A DNA stretch of 57,406 bases, the filler included, from Platydemus manokwari (Eukaryota), in assembly GCA_037951405.1 (NCBI GenBank). It is 5 parts of 5 records of this genome, joined end to end, with 100 filler letters (N's around TTAATTAATTAA, not from the genome) between each part and the next. Parts side by side here need not be neighbours in the genome. Positions count along the whole stretch, not along the records: positions 44,412 to 57,406 come from JBBMOY011885832.1; 4 more parts are not named here. One strand, given 5' to 3'. The notes below the pieces were generated by a model. It made no database searches. It had not been told where the DNA came from and worked only from the letters and a program-made list of their open reading frames with translations. The stretch's first letter is position 1. Each line of letters begins with the position of its first letter. Shown here piece after piece: positions 52,741-57,406 of the stretch. A program made the position numbers and the translations under genes.

Positions 52741-55700
52741 CCTAATAACAAAAATCTGTAATCGATATATTTGAAAATGATATTTATAAATCTATTACAA
52801 TGAGAGACGCAAATCATCAAATGTTGTAGTTAACACCAAATTTACACCCACACATTTTTCTGATAAAACTCTGTGCCATAAAATAAAACTCATTGTTAAA
52901 ATTCATTACCAAAATCCGACAATGCCACGCCTTATTAGTTTAAATACAATAATAACGTGGTGTGAAAAATAATACCAAATATTAAATTATCTTCAAATCA
53001 AATTAATACAACAACCTAATTACGTGTTTATTGCAAACTATTCTTATGCATTCTGCATGTATTTGCGGATTTATTAAATAAAAATATAAATGAGATTGGC
53101 TTATCATTTCTCTTGTATTTGGTTGTATTTATTCGGTTGCTCGTGATTTTATTGGTTCGAGGAAATACTTTGGTATCTTATATATGGGAATACAATTATA
53201 TTGAGCATGTGTTGTTAAAAGTTGTTATCAAACTCAACGGTGTGAGTTCAGTGAATGTAAATTGATTGATTAAAATGCAGGGAACTACAAACTCTTTATT
53301 TTATTTTTAGAATATCAAATAACACAAATATAATTATTTATGATACATTTTTATTGATCAAGAAATTTACAACACAGGCACGTAAACCTAAACTACGTTA
53401 AAATCTATGGTAGAGTTACCTTACCCAGAGCCCAACAGTTAATTTAGGACCTTAAAGATTTTAAAGATACAGATTCTTGTTTATATTTTATTACGTTTTC
53501 AAAGGGAAATATCTTTTTGGCAAGTTATTATTTTTAAATTAATAGATACAAATATAACTAAAATTTGAGATTTGAATTATGGCATATTTCATTTTCTTCA
53601 GTTCATACAATTTATTTGCTCCAATCGAAAGACACTGCTGAAAATGTTAAGAATTCTAAGCGATTTTTACAAGAGGGATTTTTTCTGAAATTTTCGGTTA
53701 CTTATTTATACAAGTTTGATTTAGCTACTTTGTACTCGATGATTAATTTAAAATCTTTGAAATTCAAGTTGTTTTTGGTACCTTGTATCGATAATCATAA
53801 CTTATTTTGATATTTTTTATCAGCTTATTCTGATTTATATTATAACATGTTTTATCTCTTTAAAAAGTTTTATTTTTAAACTTAATTTCTTGAATATAAA
53901 AATGAAAATTCTATCCTTTTTATTTACAAAATTTATTATGAAAATCAATCTGTACAAATAAAAATTAATCGACTATCATATTTGAAAAGTCATTTTTATC
54001 AATAATCAAATATTATATTAATTAATAACAAATATCGAATAATTAAAATCATTTGGCGGATTGGATTGTATTATGTTGTATTGGGATATTTAAAATTGGG
54101 ACTTGCCTGGCATCCTTTGTCTCTAGGCAAATATTGTGGTAAGAGTTTTTACACGTCAAGATCTAAACTTGACGCTCTTCATCTTCTGCGGGTTTCTTCC
54201 TGTATCCAATCTTTCAATTTCCTTTCCGACATTCGTTTATTTTGTTTCAACTTTTCTGATCCCTTTTTTTAATTCGCCTTACGGTTTCCAAAGTTTATGG
54301 GCCTTTCTTTCCTGATCGTTGTCTTCACTTGTCAATTCATATTTTTCTGTTGATTTTTGGTATTATTTCGGCGTTATTCTTCTTCAATTGATCAAATGAT
54401 CTCACAGAGTAGGGCATCATTTCAAAATCTCCTGTTTTCTGCCAGAATACAGCTCAGGTAAAAATAATCAACGAAATTTCAAATCTTGGATACCTTCGAT
54501 AAAGGTAGAAGTTTTCTTTAATTCAAGTTTGTCTCAAAGACTCATCAGTTTTATTTTGGTTTTGTTCGAGATAAAGTCAAGTAGTTGATTTCTCAAGAGA
54601 AAAAACCTTTGCTGAGAAAACAGGAAGTCTTTGCCTTTTTTAAAGAGAGGATTTTATTCTGACAAACGCAATGCAAAGCTTCAGAGATAAGAAAACAAAG
54701 CGGAGTCTATAAATTCTGTGAAGGCAATTCAAAGTAAAATTTAGAATTTTAAAGGTGTCTGTATACGCCAGTTGACTAGTTGTACAGTTGTGTGGTACCA
54801 ATCGTAAGTGTTTTTGTGCTCAAACTTATTTGAGGAATATTTTATTTTTAGAGCAAATCTTTATTATTCTCTAGCAATTTAAAAGTATAATTGAATATTT
54901 AAGCCAAGAGTCAAATAATTGTGTAAAGGCTATAATAGTCATTAGGCTATATTAAGTTGATGTCCGTTGAGATAAGTAATCAAACGAGTGTTAATAAGTA
55001 ATTCGGAATCACTAAATATTTGTTGACACCATGTACTAATTAGTGGGATACTCTAAAACTCAACACAGTATCTCAAAAATACAACCAAAACTTGGCTTCG
55101 AGCTTGCAGTTCGCCATCTTTACAGAGGTATTTATACTTGAGATTTGTGTGTCATTTTTGTATCACTCTTGTATCACACTTTGATTTGATCTTTAACTTT
55201 TCAAGTTTTTATTGGATTTATTGGTTTTGCATGAGCGGGATTGGTCAATCCTTATGTGTGTGTTACTATGTGTCTATAGCCTTTTTCAAATTACCATTTT
55301 CCATCTAAGTTAACTGTGATTGATTGATTGCCATGCTTGCATGGTTGTGTAGGCATGAAAATGATTAAAGTGCTAAAACAAGAGTTCCAATATCCAAACC
55401 CGGTTTTCTTTCGTCAGATTTATTCTGTACTTAACACCAGAAAATTAGTAACCTAAGTAAATAAATAAACAATAGGAGAGCTAGAGTACACAAAAATCAA
55501 ACAAATCCACATTTTCACAACAATTATGTGATGAGTTATTTTATAATCACAATCAACTATTATCATATCCTCTGATAAGATTCAAAGTTTTTTACCGAGT
55601 CCATTTATGCTCATCTCAATAATTTACATCTACCATAAAACCTAATTTCAATTAAATACAAAACATTTTATGAGTTAAATATTAGCTGACTACCAATTTC

Positions 55701-56202
55701 GACAATATTATTACAAGAACACATGGTTTTTATTTACTACACAGAATGCGGGGCAGTGATTTTATTATCATTTATATTCGGATATCAACATTTTCTCTGA
55801 TTATTTTATTTTAAATTAATTTCCTCGAATTTTCCAAAATAATATAAAAAATTAATTAAACTTGGATCTTCATTAGAAAATATTGATGGAACAATTGTGA
55901 TAAAATCAATGCACGTAAAATCAAATTACGAAACTTGATAATATAAATACAATTTTTAGATTTCTACCGGTACAGATATAAAAACAAAATCAGATACAGT
56001 AAAGTATCATTTTAATCATAAAAATATCGTTTCATTCATTGGAGTGTTAATCAGAATTGAGCGTTAATTTATTACAGTAATTTCTTTTCCTCAAATATTA
56101 AATTTTCAACATCATCATTTCCGCAACTGTATTTTTTGAGTAATACTTGCATCATATAAGTAGAATGTTTGTCAAAGATTCCATTAGAAACTATTCTCAT
56201 CG

Positions 56203-56556
56203 ATGGAATCAAATATTTCAGTTAAACAAATCATCAAATTATTTGATAATGTTAATGAAATATCACTTGATAATGTTAATGAATTATCGCGTGCGAAACA
56301 AAATTTAAAATTTAAATTGCTAACAAAAACTTTTAATAAAACCATTTCCAATAATTGTAAATCAAATGAATCCGAAACAAATGTCCAAAGAAGATGGGCT
56401 TCACTAGTGGCAACTCGAGGCAAAGGTCAAGTTCCGTGGATCCGAGAAGTTGTTGAAAAAAAAATAACGACCATGAAACCAATAAATTACAGTTGGATAG
56501 ATGAATTGGAAGTCCGAAATTGTAGTCTATCGAAAAAAGTTTTCAACAATAATTGA
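56203..56556 (+). CDS. Possible small protein or exon of unknown function (117 aa)
   Basis: Open frame with protein-like composition, an internal DNVNE duplication, and an upstream ttag acceptor at ~56184-56187. No recognised domain. Confidence 0.3.
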   Translation: MESNISVKQIIKLFDNVNEISLDNVNELSRAKQNLKFKLLTKTFNKTISNNCKSNESETNVQRRWASLVATRGKGQVPWIREVVEKKITTMKPINYSWIDELEVRNCSLSKKVFNNN

Positions 56557-57406
56557 CAATTTAATAGATAAAGCATTGCAGTATTATTCAGTAGTGTTTT
56601 TGCCAAGCATAATCAATGTCGTTTTTGCTCTATTTTTCTTCGGCGCTACACATTTTGTTTCTATTTTATATCTATATGTAATAAAGTGTTTATTGAATGC
56701 AAACAATCCTATTTTATAAACACTAGAAGTTTGAATAAAATATCATTTCAAACCTACGTGAGAATCTTTGATAACAAGTGACTATAAAACTAAGCGGTTA
56801 CAATTTTATGTATTAAAATATAGGAACCATTATTTTATTTATTATTTATTCTCATTGGTATTTTTCGATGTGGTAATGGCAGTGTATTTTCAAAGGAGTT
56901 ATTTTGTCGTTTATTTTTTTCAGATGAAAGGTATTATAAAATGTCATCGTATAGATATAGTGATTTATATTTATTGATGATTTGATAGAATTTCGAGTTG
57001 GGTTCTATATTTGGTGATGTATATCAATAAATCAACAATAATTTATAGGTTATGTATTTCTTAAATTAGTAATACACTTTAGAGCAGATAGTTGTTGATT
57101 CCATGAAAGATCTGGCATCTGACAGATTAATAGGTGCATGCTATTATATATGATAGTAAACAAGATAAATTGTTATAGATATATTGTTAAAATGTGCTTA
57201 ACAAATGCGAACGCTTTTTAAAATTAACAGAGAAGATGTAGTGTTCTGAAAGTATGAACAATCTTCGGAGAAAACTAATAGTATTATACTGCGATATTGA
57301 AAAATAATATTACGTGTATTAGTATGATCCCGGCTTTTACAAAAATGAGTTAAAATTTGTATTTCAATGAATAAATTTAATTGTTATCATTTATTAATTG
57401 TAAGGT

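Noticed and set aside
54525-54550. Hammerhead-ribozyme-like core on the minus strand (CTGATGA-GTCT-TTG-AGAC-AAAC)
   Set aside because: It lacks the essential G of GAAA, and I found no stem I/III or NUH cleavage site. It also sits in a coding-like remnant.

Overview
This is very AT-rich eukaryotic (animal-like) genomic DNA with many ~47-53 bp GT-AG introns, (TTA)n microsatellites and abundant decayed transposons. The overall look fits a flatworm or other invertebrate, but that is inference only. The window joins five contigs through four artificial 100-bp spacers (N44-TTAATTAATTAA-N44). Genes I can support: the 3' part of a KDM3/JMJD1-type JmjC demethylase (+), a >680-aa Asn-rich secreted orphan protein (+, cut by a gap), a multi-exon divergent DUF4062/NACHT-like gene with a degenerate P-loop (+), the 3' five exons of an SLC5 Na+/glucose-type cotransporter (-), a single-pass membrane orphan (+), and a complete CCT5 (+). 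Mobile DNA includes two restriction-like-endonuclease (RLE) non-LTR retrotransposons of the R2/NeSL group. One is 5'-truncated with a highly structured 3' UTR; the other carries a Ulp1/SENP-type cysteine protease with intact catalytic motifs ahead of its RT. Also present are a decayed Helitron, CR1-like LINE remnants, a SWIM/MULE-like remnant, a hAT terminal repeat and MITE-like foldbacks. No rRNA, tRNA or CRISPR was recognised. All identifications come from motif recognition by eye; no searches were run.
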